Part shown: in pieces, positions 43,753 to 53,704 of the stretch
How the letters are laid out: every line of letters begins with the position of its first letter
Numbering within the stretch: the first letter of the stretch is position 1
Source of the DNA: a virus
Direction: 5' to 3' (one strand)
Virus genome (UHGV): UHGV-0021788
DNA length: 64,000 nucleotides
Position numbers and translations under genes: made by a program
Notes under the pieces: generated by a model
The model's input: the letters and a program-made list of their open reading frames with translations, nothing else
Databases searched by the model: none
What the model was told of the DNA's origin: nothing

Positions 43753-45591
43753 ATGAGTAGTTATATAAGTAATTCGTTTTCAGTATCGGTCAATAGACCG
43801 ACTACTGGAACAATTGAACCCGTATCAACCGTTAACATATACAAAAATGAAAAAATGTTACAAGCTGTAAGTGGTACACCAGGAGACGGAGAGTATAAAG
43901 TTACAATAACAAATACAACAAATTGTAGTGCTAGTATAAAATCTGATAATAAAACTATATTATTAAATTCTGTAACAGGAAATAATGGTACAATAGAAAT
44001 ATCAGTAAATATTGAAAATAAAAAAACATATAGTAAAACTATTTCTGTTGCTAATGTTAATGATACATCTGTTTTAAGTAGTAATTTTAGTAGAATTGAA
44101 CAAACTGCTAATAAAATAAGTTGGCTAGTAAAAAGTGGTACTAGTTCAAGTAATATGACATTAACAGATGAAGCACTGGATATTATTTCAAAAAATATTA
44201 ATATTACAGGTACAGTTACTTTTTCTAGTTTAGATAGTTATACTCAAAATAGAATAAATAGTTCATATAATTTGACTTCAGATTGGTCATATGGAGGAAC
44301 AACTACAATTAATGGTGCTAAAATACAAACAGGTACAATAACTGCTGACCAAATAAGTGCTAATGCAATTAAAGGTAAGAATATTACAGGTGGTACAATA
44401 AATATAGGTAGTGGTACATTTGTAGTTAATAAAAATGGTCAAATCATTGCAAGAACAGAACCTAACTCAAAAGGTCAATATTTGGAAATGAATAGTTCAA
44501 GTTATAAAATTTATAATGGTTCTAAAACTGTTGCTATGACTTTAGGATTTAGAGATGTTACATTTGAAAATGGTAATACTTCTACATCAACACCTTGTAT
44601 ATATTTAGGGGCAGATGGTATAAATAATCAAGGTGGTAGTAGTTATACTGCTGGAACAGGTAGATATTTTGGTAGAATAATGGCTACTGATAGTCATACT
44701 TCAATGTCAAATACTCACGTTGGTGTTCCTTTGATGGAAATAAATTTCAACAGTAGATATACAGATTCTGATACAGGAAATGCAATTGCAAGTCAAATGA
44801 GATTTTTTGGTGATGGTGATATGATAATAGCTCCAGTTTGTGACCTTCAAATAAGAACCCATCAAAAAGATAATATGGTATCAAAAGGTGGTTCAGAATA
44901 TGAAGTAGCTTACTTTGCTTCAAGTTCATCTGAATGGTATTCTGGATTTATGAGAACTTATGCTGTGACAAATAATTTCAATAGTAAAGGTTTGTTCTTA
45001 GGAGATTATTATATGAGTTCTTCTGGTAATGGTTATAATTCTAGTCTAGGTGATTTTGTTAGTGCAGTTCTTGTAAAAGCAGGTAAAACAAGTTCAGGAG
45101 ACAAAATGAGAACATTTAGACCTCATACTGACAATGTTGCTTTATTGGGTACTGGTGGTTATAGATGGGCAAAACTTTATTGTGGTAATAGTTCAATAAA
45201 TACTTCCGACAGAAGATGTAAAACAAATATAAATTATCTTACTTCTGATAATGCAAAAGTTGCAAGTAAACCATTATTTAATGAAGATGAAATATGGAAT
45301 TTTGTAAAAGATATTGATTTTGCAACATATAACTTTATAGATAATGAAACAGGAGGAGCAAAAGAAGATAATCAAATAGGATTTATTTTACAAGATTTAA
45401 TTCAAGCTTATCCTGATTTAACCAATTCTTTATTATTGGATAAAGGTAGTTATGATGTAGAAGAAGGCGAAGATGACACAATAGTTCCTATGTTAGGATA
45501 CAATAGTGGAAACTATGTTAATTTATTGGGTTGTGCTTTAAAACAAGCATTACAAAGAATAGAGAAATTAGAAGAACAAATAAATAAATAG
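43753..45591 (+). CDS. Tail fibre with a C-terminal intramolecular-chaperone, auto-proteolytic domain (peptidase S74-like).
   Basis: C-terminal TSDRRCKTNINYL...QIGFILQDLIQAYPDL...LGCALKQALQRIEKLEEQI. Confidence 0.55.
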   Translation: MSSYISNSFSVSVNRPTTGTIEPVSTVNIYKNEKMLQAVSGTPGDGEYKVTITNTTNCSASIKSDNKTILLNSVTGNNGTIEISVNIENKKTYSKTISVANVNDTSVLSSNFSRIEQTANKISWLVKSGTSSSNMTLTDEALDIISKNINITGTVTFSSLDSYTQNRINSSYNLTSDWSYGGTTTINGAKIQTGTITADQISANAIKGKNITGGTINIGSGTFVVNKNGQIIARTEPNSKGQYLEMNSSSYKIYNGSKTVAMTLGFRDVTFENGNTSTSTPCIYLGADGINNQGGSSYTAGTGRYFGRIMATDSHTSMSNTHVGVPLMEINFNSRYTDSDTGNAIASQMRFFGDGDMIIAPVCDLQIRTHQKDNMVSKGGSEYEVAYFASSSSEWYSGFMRTYAVTNNFNSKGLFLGDYYMSSSGNGYNSSLGDFVSAVLVKAGKTSSGDKMRTFRPHTDNVALLGTGGYRWAKLYCGNSSINTSDRRCKTNINYLTSDNAKVASKPLFNEDEIWNFVKDIDFATYNFIDNETGGAKEDNQIGFILQDLIQAYPDLTNSLLLDKGSYDVEEGEDDTIVPMLGYNSGNYVNLLGCALKQALQRIEKLEEQINK

Positions 45592-45641
45592 ATTAAAGTC
45601 TTATAAATATAATGTAAAATAAAAATAAAGGAGAGATATTA

Positions 45642-45803
45642 ATGGATATAAAACTTGAAATTGCTTTTCAACAAGCAATGGAGGAAATAGCAAATTTAAA
45701 TCAAAGAGTGATTCTTGAAAAAAGTTTAAGAATACAAGTAGAAGAAGAAAATAAAGAATTAAAAGAAAAAATAGAAAAATTAGAAAAAGATAATCCTCAA
45801 TAA
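45642..45803 (+). CDS. Small coiled-coil protein (53 aa).
   Basis: AAGGAGAG RBS with an ATG. It is not in the ORF track because it is shorter than 60 aa. Confidence 0.35.
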   Translation: MDIKLEIAFQQAMEEIANLNQRVILEKSLRIQVEEENKELKEKIEKLEKDNPQ

Positions 45804-45827
45804 ATATAAATAAAAGAAGGTGATAAA

Positions 45828-46304
45828 ATGGCTGACAATTTTATCAAAAGAGAAGTAGATATAGTAGTAAAGGGCAATACTGCTTCTCTTAATGAAAATA
45901 TATATCTATATCCTAGAGATAGATATATAGACATATATTTTACAATAAAAGATGTTGGATTTGCATTTGGTAATATCAATGGTAATTATGCTGAAAATGC
46001 AAGTTATGCTAGAGTAAAATATATAAGAAAAGATAAAACCACTCAAGGTGTTGTTTCACCTAGCATTTTAAATGTTGTTGATGGTAAGGTCAAATTATCT
46101 ATAAATGATGATTTTATGTGTAAAGAAGTAAATGGAGAACACGTTGAAATAACTCCAGGAGTATATTTATTACAAATACTTTTATATGATAATTCAGAAG
46201 GACATGGAAGAATAACAATACCACCTGTTGAATTTGAAATATTAGAACCTATTTTCCCAGATGATGAAAGCATAGAAACACTTTCTCTAAAGGTAGATGA
46301 ATAA
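45828..46304 (+). CDS. BppU-like (baseplate upper protein N-domain) protein, short paralog.
   Basis: Its N-terminal domain is paralogous to the next ORF (IYLYPRDRYIDIYFTIKD / IFLFQNDKNIDLIFTIKN; GRITIPPVEFEILEPIF / GRITIPEIEFVVLDPIFF). Confidence 0.4.
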   Translation: MADNFIKREVDIVVKGNTASLNENIYLYPRDRYIDIYFTIKDVGFAFGNINGNYAENASYARVKYIRKDKTTQGVVSPSILNVVDGKVKLSINDDFMCKEVNGEHVEITPGVYLLQILLYDNSEGHGRITIPPVEFEILEPIFPDDESIETLSLKVDE

Positions 46305-46306
46305 TT

Positions 46307-47581
46307 ATGGCTTTAATAAAAAAATATATAAATCTTACAGTAGATGGTGATAAGGCTCATGTAGACCAACCAATATTTCTATTTCAAAATGATAAAAATA
46401 TTGATTTAATATTTACTATAAAAAATTTAAAATTTGATTTTGTTAGAAATATTCAAAAAGAAGAAGATTTAGTTGAATCAATTGGAGCTACTTATTTTAG
46501 AGTTAAAGTATTAAAACCTGATAAAGATGATGTAGATAAAGAATATACAACTGATTTATTTAAAATAAAAGATAATAAAATTATATTTAATATAGATGAT
46601 ACTTTTATATTTGATAAAAAAGATGAAGATGGGAATTTACCATCTTCAGAAAATGATAAAATAGGTATATATAAATTACAGATACAATTATATGATAACG
46701 CAAATGGTAGAATTACAATACCTGAAATTGAATTTGTTGTATTAGACCCTATATTTTTTGACCCAGAAACAGATGGAATTATAGGTGGTGACATCGGAGA
46801 CTCAACCATAGGTAAACCAAGTGAAATAACAGGATTGGTTGATTGGGTAAAAGGTCAAATAATAAGTGCAGAAAGAATGAATGCAATTCATCGTTATCTT
46901 GAAAAACTTCAAAATCAAATAGATAACATTGATTTAAGCGATAAAGATATATATGCGAAAAATGTACATTATGAAAATGAACAGTTTACAAACGTACAAG
47001 ATGCCTTAGATAGCTTATTATATAAAGCTCCTCAAGTTAATTCATTATCTTCAAATATAGGTACTACTGTTGAAATGGGTACTATGCTTTCTAGTGTAAC
47101 TTTTACATGGTCTTATAATAAATCAATAGTTTCGCAATCATTTGCAGGGGTAACATTGGATTCAAATATAAGAACTTACACTTATACAAAAGGAATATAT
47201 AATAATGTTACTTTAACATTAACTGCAAATGATGGAAAAAATAATTGTAGTAGAAATATAAGTTTTACTTATGCAAATCGTATTTTTTATGGGGTATCTG
47301 ATACAACTACTTATAATGTTAACTTATTAAAATCATTATCAAATACATTAAGTAATAATAGAAATAGAAGTTTTACTGTTAATCCAATAAACAATCAACA
47401 TATTATATATGCAATACCTAGTAGATTAGGTGAATGTAAATTTTCAGTTAATGGTTTTGAAGGTGGTTTTCAAAAAGTATCCACTATAAAATATACAAAT
47501 TCACAAAATTACACAGAAGATTATTATATTTATAGGTCAGATAACCCGAATTTAGGAAAAACAACAGTTGTTGTAAATTAG
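46307..47581 (+). CDS. BppU-like baseplate or receptor-binding protein.
   Basis: It shares an N-domain with 45828-46304 and has a C-terminal beta-rich domain. Its start overlaps the upstream stop. Confidence 0.4.
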   Translation: MALIKKYINLTVDGDKAHVDQPIFLFQNDKNIDLIFTIKNLKFDFVRNIQKEEDLVESIGATYFRVKVLKPDKDDVDKEYTTDLFKIKDNKIIFNIDDTFIFDKKDEDGNLPSSENDKIGIYKLQIQLYDNANGRITIPEIEFVVLDPIFFDPETDGIIGGDIGDSTIGKPSEITGLVDWVKGQIISAERMNAIHRYLEKLQNQIDNIDLSDKDIYAKNVHYENEQFTNVQDALDSLLYKAPQVNSLSSNIGTTVEMGTMLSSVTFTWSYNKSIVSQSFAGVTLDSNIRTYTYTKGIYNNVTLTLTANDGKNNCSRNISFTYANRIFYGVSDTTTYNVNLLKSLSNTLSNNRNRSFTVNPINNQHIIYAIPSRLGECKFSVNGFEGGFQKVSTIKYTNSQNYTEDYYIYRSDNPNLGKTTVVVN

Positions 47582-47597
47582 GAGGTGATAGTTAACA

Positions 47598-47678
47598 ATG
47601 GCTATTGAATTAATTTCAACTATAATTCCTAAAAATAGTGGGAATTTTGCTATTGTTCTCACCTGTCAAATGATATAA
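47598..47678 (+). other. Short ORF with a strong RBS. It is probably the true N-terminus of the next gene, displaced by a -1 frame change (programmed frameshift, pseudogene or sequencing error).
   Basis: TAGGAGGTGATAG RBS followed by ATG. The ORF (MAIELISTIIPKNSGNFAIVLTCQMI) overlaps the upstream open part of the 47750 frame, which is open from 47639. Confidence 0.35.
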
Positions 47679-47749
47679 AAGGTGGATTACATTCAGTAAA
47701 AACAATAGCTGAAAGAGATAATATACCTCTTGAAAGATTAGAAGAAGGT

Positions 47750-48697
47750 ATGTTATGTTATGTAAAAGATACGGAAAAGTATTATAATTGGAAAAATAGT
47801 ATTTGGTCAGAATTTAGTGGAGGCGGTTCTGGCAATTTACTAATTTATAGAGTTGATAATTTTAACGATATGAATTCTATTAATACAAAAAATCTTGAAT
47901 ATGGAAGTTTATGTCATGTATTAAATGATGAAAACTTAAGATATATGTATTATTATGGTAAAGAGGGTTGGCAATCAATCAGCCATAAATATAAAGTGTG
48001 GATAGGTAAAGAACCACCAAATGATAAAAACTCTCTTTGGGTTGACACAAGAATGATGGAATTAGATTTATCAACAGGTCAAGAATCAAGTATACCTCAA
48101 TCTGTTAAATATTTAATAAATGTAATTAGTAATCTATCTAATGAAATTATCAATCTAACAGCAAAAGTAAACATATTAAATAATGAAATAGAAACTATTA
48201 AAAAGCAAATTGGTAGTGGTGGAATTATTACTGATAATAATATATATCTTACTACTGAAGACGATAAGATTATTACAACAGAAGATGGAATTCCTATTTT
48301 ATATGAAGAAAGTAAAGGTAACAGTGGAGGTTCAGGCGGTGGTACTGGTGGTGAAGATAAACCTCCTATTGATAACAACACCTATATTGTTACTGAAGAT
48401 GATAAAATCATTACTACTGAAGATGGAATTCCTATTTTATATGAAGAAAGTAAAGGTGGTAGTGGAGGAGGAACTACTCCTAGTGTTGATAATAATACTT
48501 ATATTACAACTGAAGATGGTAAAGTTATTACAACAGAAGATGGAAAACTTATATTACATGAACAAAGTAAAGGCAACAGTGGTGGTACTACAGGAGATAC
48601 AGATAAAACAGATAAAAATACTTATATAATTAGTGAAAATGGTAAAATAATAATTACCGAGAATGGTAAAGCTATTATACCAGAAAATAAAAAATAA
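47750..48697 (+). CDS. Tail fibre-like protein with four or five tandem roughly 40-aa repeats (NTYI.TEDDKIITTEDGIPILYEESKG.SGG).
   Basis: Repeats lie at about 48230-48690. The frame is open upstream of the annotated ATG, back to 47639. Confidence 0.45.
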   Translation: MLCYVKDTEKYYNWKNSIWSEFSGGGSGNLLIYRVDNFNDMNSINTKNLEYGSLCHVLNDENLRYMYYYGKEGWQSISHKYKVWIGKEPPNDKNSLWVDTRMMELDLSTGQESSIPQSVKYLINVISNLSNEIINLTAKVNILNNEIETIKKQIGSGGIITDNNIYLTTEDDKIITTEDGIPILYEESKGNSGGSGGGTGGEDKPPIDNNTYIVTEDDKIITTEDGIPILYEESKGGSGGGTTPSVDNNTYITTEDGKVITTEDGKLILHEQSKGNSGGTTGDTDKTDKNTYIISENGKIIITENGKAIIPENKK

Positions 48698-48702
48698 AGG
48701 AG

Positions 48703-49975
48703 TTGGATATATTGGAAACTATTAAGAAAAGTGCATTTCAAGAAATTGGTATTCTTAATGATAATGATTATTTTGATATAGTTACTAATACAAATGTTAA
48801 TAGAAGAATTAAATTTTCAGCAATGAAAGAAGCTATAAATAATAGTGTTAATTCTTATGTCGATGTTAAAGCAAAAAATGGAAAAATTTTCAGATTAACT
48901 GTTAATAATGAAGGGGAAATAATTTGTCAAAATGCTGAAGCATATACTGCTACTGCTCCAGAAAAAACTGAAAGTGGTAGATTTGCTGGTTTAATGATAA
49001 ACATGATATATGGTGGTGGAAATAATAAAAATAATACTGCTTGTTCACATCACTTTATAGAATTATATAATCAAAGTACTAGTAGTATGGATTTAAATTT
49101 AAAAGGACTTTATTTATCTGTTAAAAGTAATACAGGTGATTGGCAATCTCTTGCATTAGAGGGTATAATACCTTATCAACATTCATTCCTTGTAAGATGT
49201 AATCAAGTTTCTAATCCTGTACTATTAGGTACTAGATGTAAAATAGATACATATGACCAAGAATGGAATATAGATTTAACTGATGTAGGATTTAGTGCTT
49301 ATTTATCAATAGGAACACCTACAACTGTTAATCCAGCTAATGCAGATGGTAATATGAATAAAGAAGTTGGATATATAGACTTAATGGGTGCTGGTGGAAC
49401 ACAAGAAACACAAGGAGTTAAAGCTTTTGAAACTGCCTATCCAATGTTGATGACTAAAGATATAGGTTGTAGAAGACTTGACTTTGCTGATACAGATAAT
49501 AATCAAAAAAACTGTAGAGCAATAAATTGGAAAACTTGTGATGTAAGTGTCTATAAACCTAGAAGTGTATCAGATGGTAAATGGGACTTATACTTTAACA
49601 AAGCAAAACTAAAATCTACAATGCCTAATCTAATAAATATGTGTTATGGACAAGATGGTTCTAAAACTAGAACATTTACTTTCCAAACTGTATTAACTGA
49701 TGAAGGTTATATTAAATGGAGAAAATACGGAGAATTAAAATGGAATAAAAAACCTACTACTAAAGAAATAATAACTCACTATGATTGTGATGCTACTTTA
49801 CATAGAGTTTTTATTACTGATTTACAACCTGGAATTTATGAATATCAATGTGGTTCTGAAGGTGCATGGAGTGATATAAGTACTTTTGAAGTAAGAAATT
49901 ATGCACAAACTGCTGATAAAAGTAATTTTGTACATAACGATATAAAAATGTTATGGACTACAGACCAACAAGCAT
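48703..49975 (+). CDS. Purple-acid-phosphatase-like metallophosphoesterase tail protein, exon 1 (N-terminal domain plus the PAP N-domain).
   Basis: HRVFITDLQPGIYEYQCGSEGAWSDISTFEV matches the Pur_ac_phosph_N pattern. The real start is possibly the TTG at 48712. The frame is interrupted by the intron at 49976. Confidence 0.5.
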
Positions 49976-50194
49976 GGACTAACATATAGTCCCTATATTA
50001 AGTGATTAGTATAGTAAATCCTTTGAATTGCTGGTAAATCCTAAAGCCTTATAAACTACAACATGATTAGAAATAATGAGTGTGAATGTTACGAAAGTAG
50101 AAAAAATTATAAGGATAACATATGGTTAAATCCTAAGTGTTATATACAATGGAAGCTCAGCAGGTAAGATTCTAAATTAAATTATTTTAAATAC

Positions 50195-50223
50195 TTGACT
50201 TTTAATAAGATAAATTGTATAAT
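50195..50223 (+). promoter_or_regulatory. Intron-internal promoter for the HEG: TTGACT-17-TATAAT.
   Basis: Consensus -35 and -10 elements with a 17-nt spacer, followed by a GTGAGGTGA RBS. Confidence 0.55.
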
Positions 50224-50245
50224 ATAAGTAAAGTGAGGTGATAAA

Positions 50246-51160
50246 ATGGGAAGAAAGAAAACACATGAGGAATTTATGAAAGAGTTTTATGAAAAAAATC
50301 CTAATGCTAAAAATATAGAAATATTAGGAAAATATGAAGGTAGAAAAGTAAAAATTTTATGTATGTGTAAAATAGATAACTATAAATGGCATACAACTCC
50401 TAATGGATTATTGGGAAGTAAAAATATTAAACCAAATGGATGTCCGAAATGTGCTGGAAAAATAAAAAAAACACATAAACAATTTATAGAAGAAATGAAT
50501 GAAATAAATCCAAATATTAAAATATTGGGGCGTTACATAGATGCTAAAACTAAGATAGAATGTGAATGTAAAATAGATGGATATAAATGGGAAGTTGAAC
50601 CAACTAATTTGCTACAGAAAAGAGGATGTCCAAAATGTGCTAATAAAATACCTAGAGAACATGATGATTTTGTTAAAGAATTAAATAACATCAATCCTAA
50701 TATAAAAATAATAGGTAAATTTATATCTACTAGAACTAAAATAGAATGTGAATGTAAAATAGATGGATATAAATGGGAAGCTGAGCCAAGACATCTTTTA
50801 GGAAATCATGGATGTCCAAAATGTAATGATTCTATTGGAGAAAAAATAACTTATAATATATTAAATAAATTAAATATAAAAAATATAAGACAATACAAAT
50901 TTAAAGATTGTAAATTTTATAAATGTCTTCCTTTTGATTTTTATTTGCCACAATATAATTGTTGTATTGAAATTGATGGTAAGCAACATGAGAATATAGT
51001 CAAATGGTTTGGTGGGTTAGATGGTTTTATAGATAGAAAAATTAGAGATACGGTTAAAGATATATATTGTAAGAATAATGGAATAAAATTAATTAGAATT
51101 ACATATAAAGATATAAATGAAATAGAAAAAATAATTTGTCAAGAACTTAATTTAAATTAA
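50246..51160 (+). CDS. Intron-encoded homing endonuclease with three Zn-ribbon modules and a Vsr-like/DUF559 domain.
   Basis: CPKC repeated three times. The C-terminal part reads LPFDFYLPQYNCCIEIDGKQH..IKLIRITYKDI. Confidence 0.75.
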   Translation: MGRKKTHEEFMKEFYEKNPNAKNIEILGKYEGRKVKILCMCKIDNYKWHTTPNGLLGSKNIKPNGCPKCAGKIKKTHKQFIEEMNEINPNIKILGRYIDAKTKIECECKIDGYKWEVEPTNLLQKRGCPKCANKIPREHDDFVKELNNINPNIKIIGKFISTRTKIECECKIDGYKWEAEPRHLLGNHGCPKCNDSIGEKITYNILNKLNIKNIRQYKFKDCKFYKCLPFDFYLPQYNCCIEIDGKQHENIVKWFGGLDGFIDRKIRDTVKDIYCKNNGIKLIRITYKDINEIEKIICQELNLN

Positions 51161-51319
51161 TTTAATATGAATAAACTTCAACGACTAAGTATCCTAGTAG
51201 TCTAGGTAGTGGAGGATACCCTTATTGGGTAATGATATAGTCTGCTCTCATGGGAAACCATGAGCAGTTTTTATGTAAAAAAACGGATAGAATAGTAACG
51301 ATATTCTATTGAACATAAG

Positions 51320-52155
51320 GTGTTGAGGAATCACAAGCTACTAATGTTTGTTTCCAAAATATAAGTGAATGGGAAAAAGGTACTGATTTTGATTTTCATT
51401 TAAATACAGGCGACATTTCGCAAAATGCAAACAGAAGTTTTGAGTGGAGATACCACTATAAATATGCAGATGACCTAATAAGAACTATGTGTCATCAAAT
51501 AACTTGTGGGAATAATGACTTAATAGATAAGAAATATTCAGATGCATTTACATGGTACATGACACCAGAAGATTATTTCTTACCAGACCAAATAGATAGT
51601 GGTTCAGGTGTTATGGTTAATAATCCTAATAAATGTACTTTTAATTCATGTCATAGTTTTGACTTAGGATATGTACATTTTGTTTGTTTAAATAGTAATA
51701 AAGATTATTCTATGTTTAATGAAAATGAAGGTGAAAAAATAGATGATTGGATACAAAGAGAATGTGCATGGTTAGATGCAGATTTAACTAGAGATGAATC
51801 TAATGCTAAAACAAGATGGGTAATATGTTATATGCATTACGCACCTTTTACAGTATCTAGACCTGACTGGATACAAAGATTTGTTCCTGTATTTGAAAAA
51901 CATAGAGTACATTTAGTATTATGTGGTCACAACCATACAAACTCAAGAAGTATTGTAGTTAGAAGTGGTTATGATGGAGACCCAAATAAAGCAAGCTATG
52001 ACCCTAAAGGTCAAAAAACAGCTGAAGAAGAAACAGCTTTAGGACATGGTACTATAAATCATAATGAAGATTTAAAAAATGGTACTCTTTACCTAATGAT
52101 TAATGCAACTGGATTCAAGAATACAGGTAAAGAAAGTATACAAAATCCTTATCCT
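51320..52155 (+). CDS. Metallophosphoesterase catalytic domain, exon 2.
   Basis: GDISQNA, the GNHE-like LCGHNHTN (GHxH) and YMHYAPF are calcineurin-like phosphoesterase motifs. The frame opens at 51319. Confidence 0.55.
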
Positions 52156-52332
52156 TGGTAAAAAAATATTGCCACTTTACATAGTAATATGTAATGACAA
52201 ACTCATTGAATTGCTGGGACGACCTTAGAGCCTTAATGCCACAATATAAGAGAAATCATTATATGAAGGTTTAAAAAGTTTAAGGATTGGTTAATCAGCA
52301 GGTAAGATTCTAAATTAAATTATTTTAAATAC

Positions 52333-52361
52333 TTGACTTTTAATAAGATAAATTGTATAAT
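52333..52361 (+). promoter_or_regulatory. Intron-internal promoter for the HEG: TTGACT-17-TATAAT.
   Basis: Identical to the cassette at 50195-50223. Confidence 0.55.
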
Positions 52362-52384
52362 ATAAGTAGAGTGAGGTGATAAAT

Positions 52385-53299
52385 ATGGGTAAAAAGAAAA
52401 CACATGAGGAATTTATGAAAGAGTTTTATGAAAAAAATCCTAATGCTAAAAATATAGAAATATTAGGAAAATATGAAGGAAACAATAAACCTATTAAATG
52501 TCGTTGCAGAATAGATGAATACGAATGGTATCCAAGACCTTGTCATTTATTGGGAAATAAAAATGCTAAACCTACTGGTTGTCCTAAGTGTAGTGGAAAA
52601 GCAAAAAGAACAAATGAAGAGTTTATTAAGGAAATATATATAATAAACCCTAATATAGAAATACTTAGTGAATATAGTGGAGTTAGTAATTTAATAGATT
52701 GTCGTTGTAAAATAGATGATTATGAGTGGTCATCAATTGCTGATAATTTATTACATGGACATGGTTGTCCTAAATGTGGAGGACAAATAAAAAAGGAACA
52801 TGAAGAGTTTGTAAAAGAAATGGAAGAAATAAATCCCAATATAGAAATACTTGGGGAATACAATGGAGTTCATGAATATATTTTATGTGGATGTAAAATA
52901 TGTAATCATGAATGGACAACTCGTCCTCATGAATTATTAAATGAATACGGATGTCCTTCTTGTAATATATCTCGAGGAGAATTTAAAATAAAAACTTTAT
53001 TAGAAAAATATCAAAAACAATATAAATATCAATATAAATTTAAAGATTGTAAATTTTATAATGAATTACCTTTTGATTTTTATTTACCTGATTATAATAT
53101 TGCAATAGAATATGATGGAGAACAGCATTATAAAATAATTAAACAATTTGGTGGAATAAATAGATTAATAGATAGTAAAATAAGGGATACTGTTAAAACT
53201 GAATATTGTAAAAATAATAACATAAAACTTATAAGAATACCTTATTGGAATTATAAAGATATAGAAAATATACTTATAAAAGAACTTAATTTAAAATAA
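52385..53299 (+). CDS. Intron-encoded homing endonuclease with a Zn ribbon and a Vsr-like/DUF559 domain.
   Basis: CPKCSG, CPKCGG and CPSC motifs. LPFDFYLPDYNIAIEYDGEQH..IKLIRIPYWNY. The ATG at 52385 follows a GTGAGGTGA RBS. Confidence 0.75.
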   Translation: MGKKKTHEEFMKEFYEKNPNAKNIEILGKYEGNNKPIKCRCRIDEYEWYPRPCHLLGNKNAKPTGCPKCSGKAKRTNEEFIKEIYIINPNIEILSEYSGVSNLIDCRCKIDDYEWSSIADNLLHGHGCPKCGGQIKKEHEEFVKEMEEINPNIEILGEYNGVHEYILCGCKICNHEWTTRPHELLNEYGCPSCNISRGEFKIKTLLEKYQKQYKYQYKFKDCKFYNELPFDFYLPDYNIAIEYDGEQHYKIIKQFGGINRLIDSKIRDTVKTEYCKNNNIKLIRIPYWNYKDIENILIKELNLK

Positions 53300-53475
53300 T
53301 TTAACATGAATAAACTTCAACGACTATCCTGTAATGGAGTAGGGTTCAAGCGAACTCGAAGTAGTGAGCATCTTAATAAAGATGAAGATATAGTCTAGTC
53401 TCATGGGAAACCATGAGCAGTTTTTGTGCGTAAAAACAAAACGGGTTAGGTGTAGCGAACCTAATTGAATATAAC

Positions 53476-53690
53476 GGGTATGGATTAAGAACTTCACATC
53501 CAACACAACCAACTTATGCAACATTAACTATAGGTTGGGATAAGATAGAATATAAATGCTATAAGATAATGAACACATTAAGTAAAGATAGAAACGGAAA
53601 TACAATAGTAGTGCCTTATGGTAGTCAAACTAAAGAATTGTATGATAGTTGTACTCTTAATTGGAGAGCAAAAGGTCAAACACTAATATA
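53476..53690 (+). CDS. Metallophosphoesterase, exon 3 (C-terminal, about 71 aa).
   Basis: The frame is open from 53434 to the TAG at 53688-53690. It joins exon 2 at a codon boundary (..NPYP/GYGLRTSHPTQ..). Confidence 0.4.
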
Positions 53691-53704
53691 GGTGGTGATA
53701 GTTT

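Larger units (their letters stand above)
49976..51319 (+). mobile_element. Group I intron, class 1, with HEG, in the phosphoesterase gene.
   Basis: P2 ctata..tatag, P at 50026-50037, Q at 50164-50174, R at 51175-51186, S at 51235-51243. The exon phases match (1 nt + 2 nt gives Cys). Confidence 0.8.
52156..53475 (+). mobile_element. Group I intron, class 1, with HEG, in the phosphoesterase gene.
   Basis: P2 ttacat..atgtaa, P at 52208-52219, Q at 52303-52312, R at 53316-53327, S at 53386-53394. The 3' end reads ...tgaatataacG. Confidence 0.75.

Noticed and set aside
1052-48629. Internal + strand ORFs in alternative frames (1052-1270, 22609-22824, 36723-36926, 48210-48629).
   Set aside because: They are alternative-frame readings of repeat-rich coding regions (K/E repeats, the lysine/serine/threonine tract, tandem peptide repeats). 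They have no RBS and sit wholly inside better-supported genes.
51487-52161. The ORF at 51487-52161 as a separate gene.
   Set aside because: The frame is open from 51319, directly after the intron 3' end, and continues the phosphoesterase.
3021-53475. CRISPR array or other short-repeat locus, suggested by blocks recurring every few kb.
   Set aside because: The recurring blocks are 150-250-nt structured intron cores plus endonuclease ORFs. They are not short direct repeats with unique spacers, and no cas genes are present.
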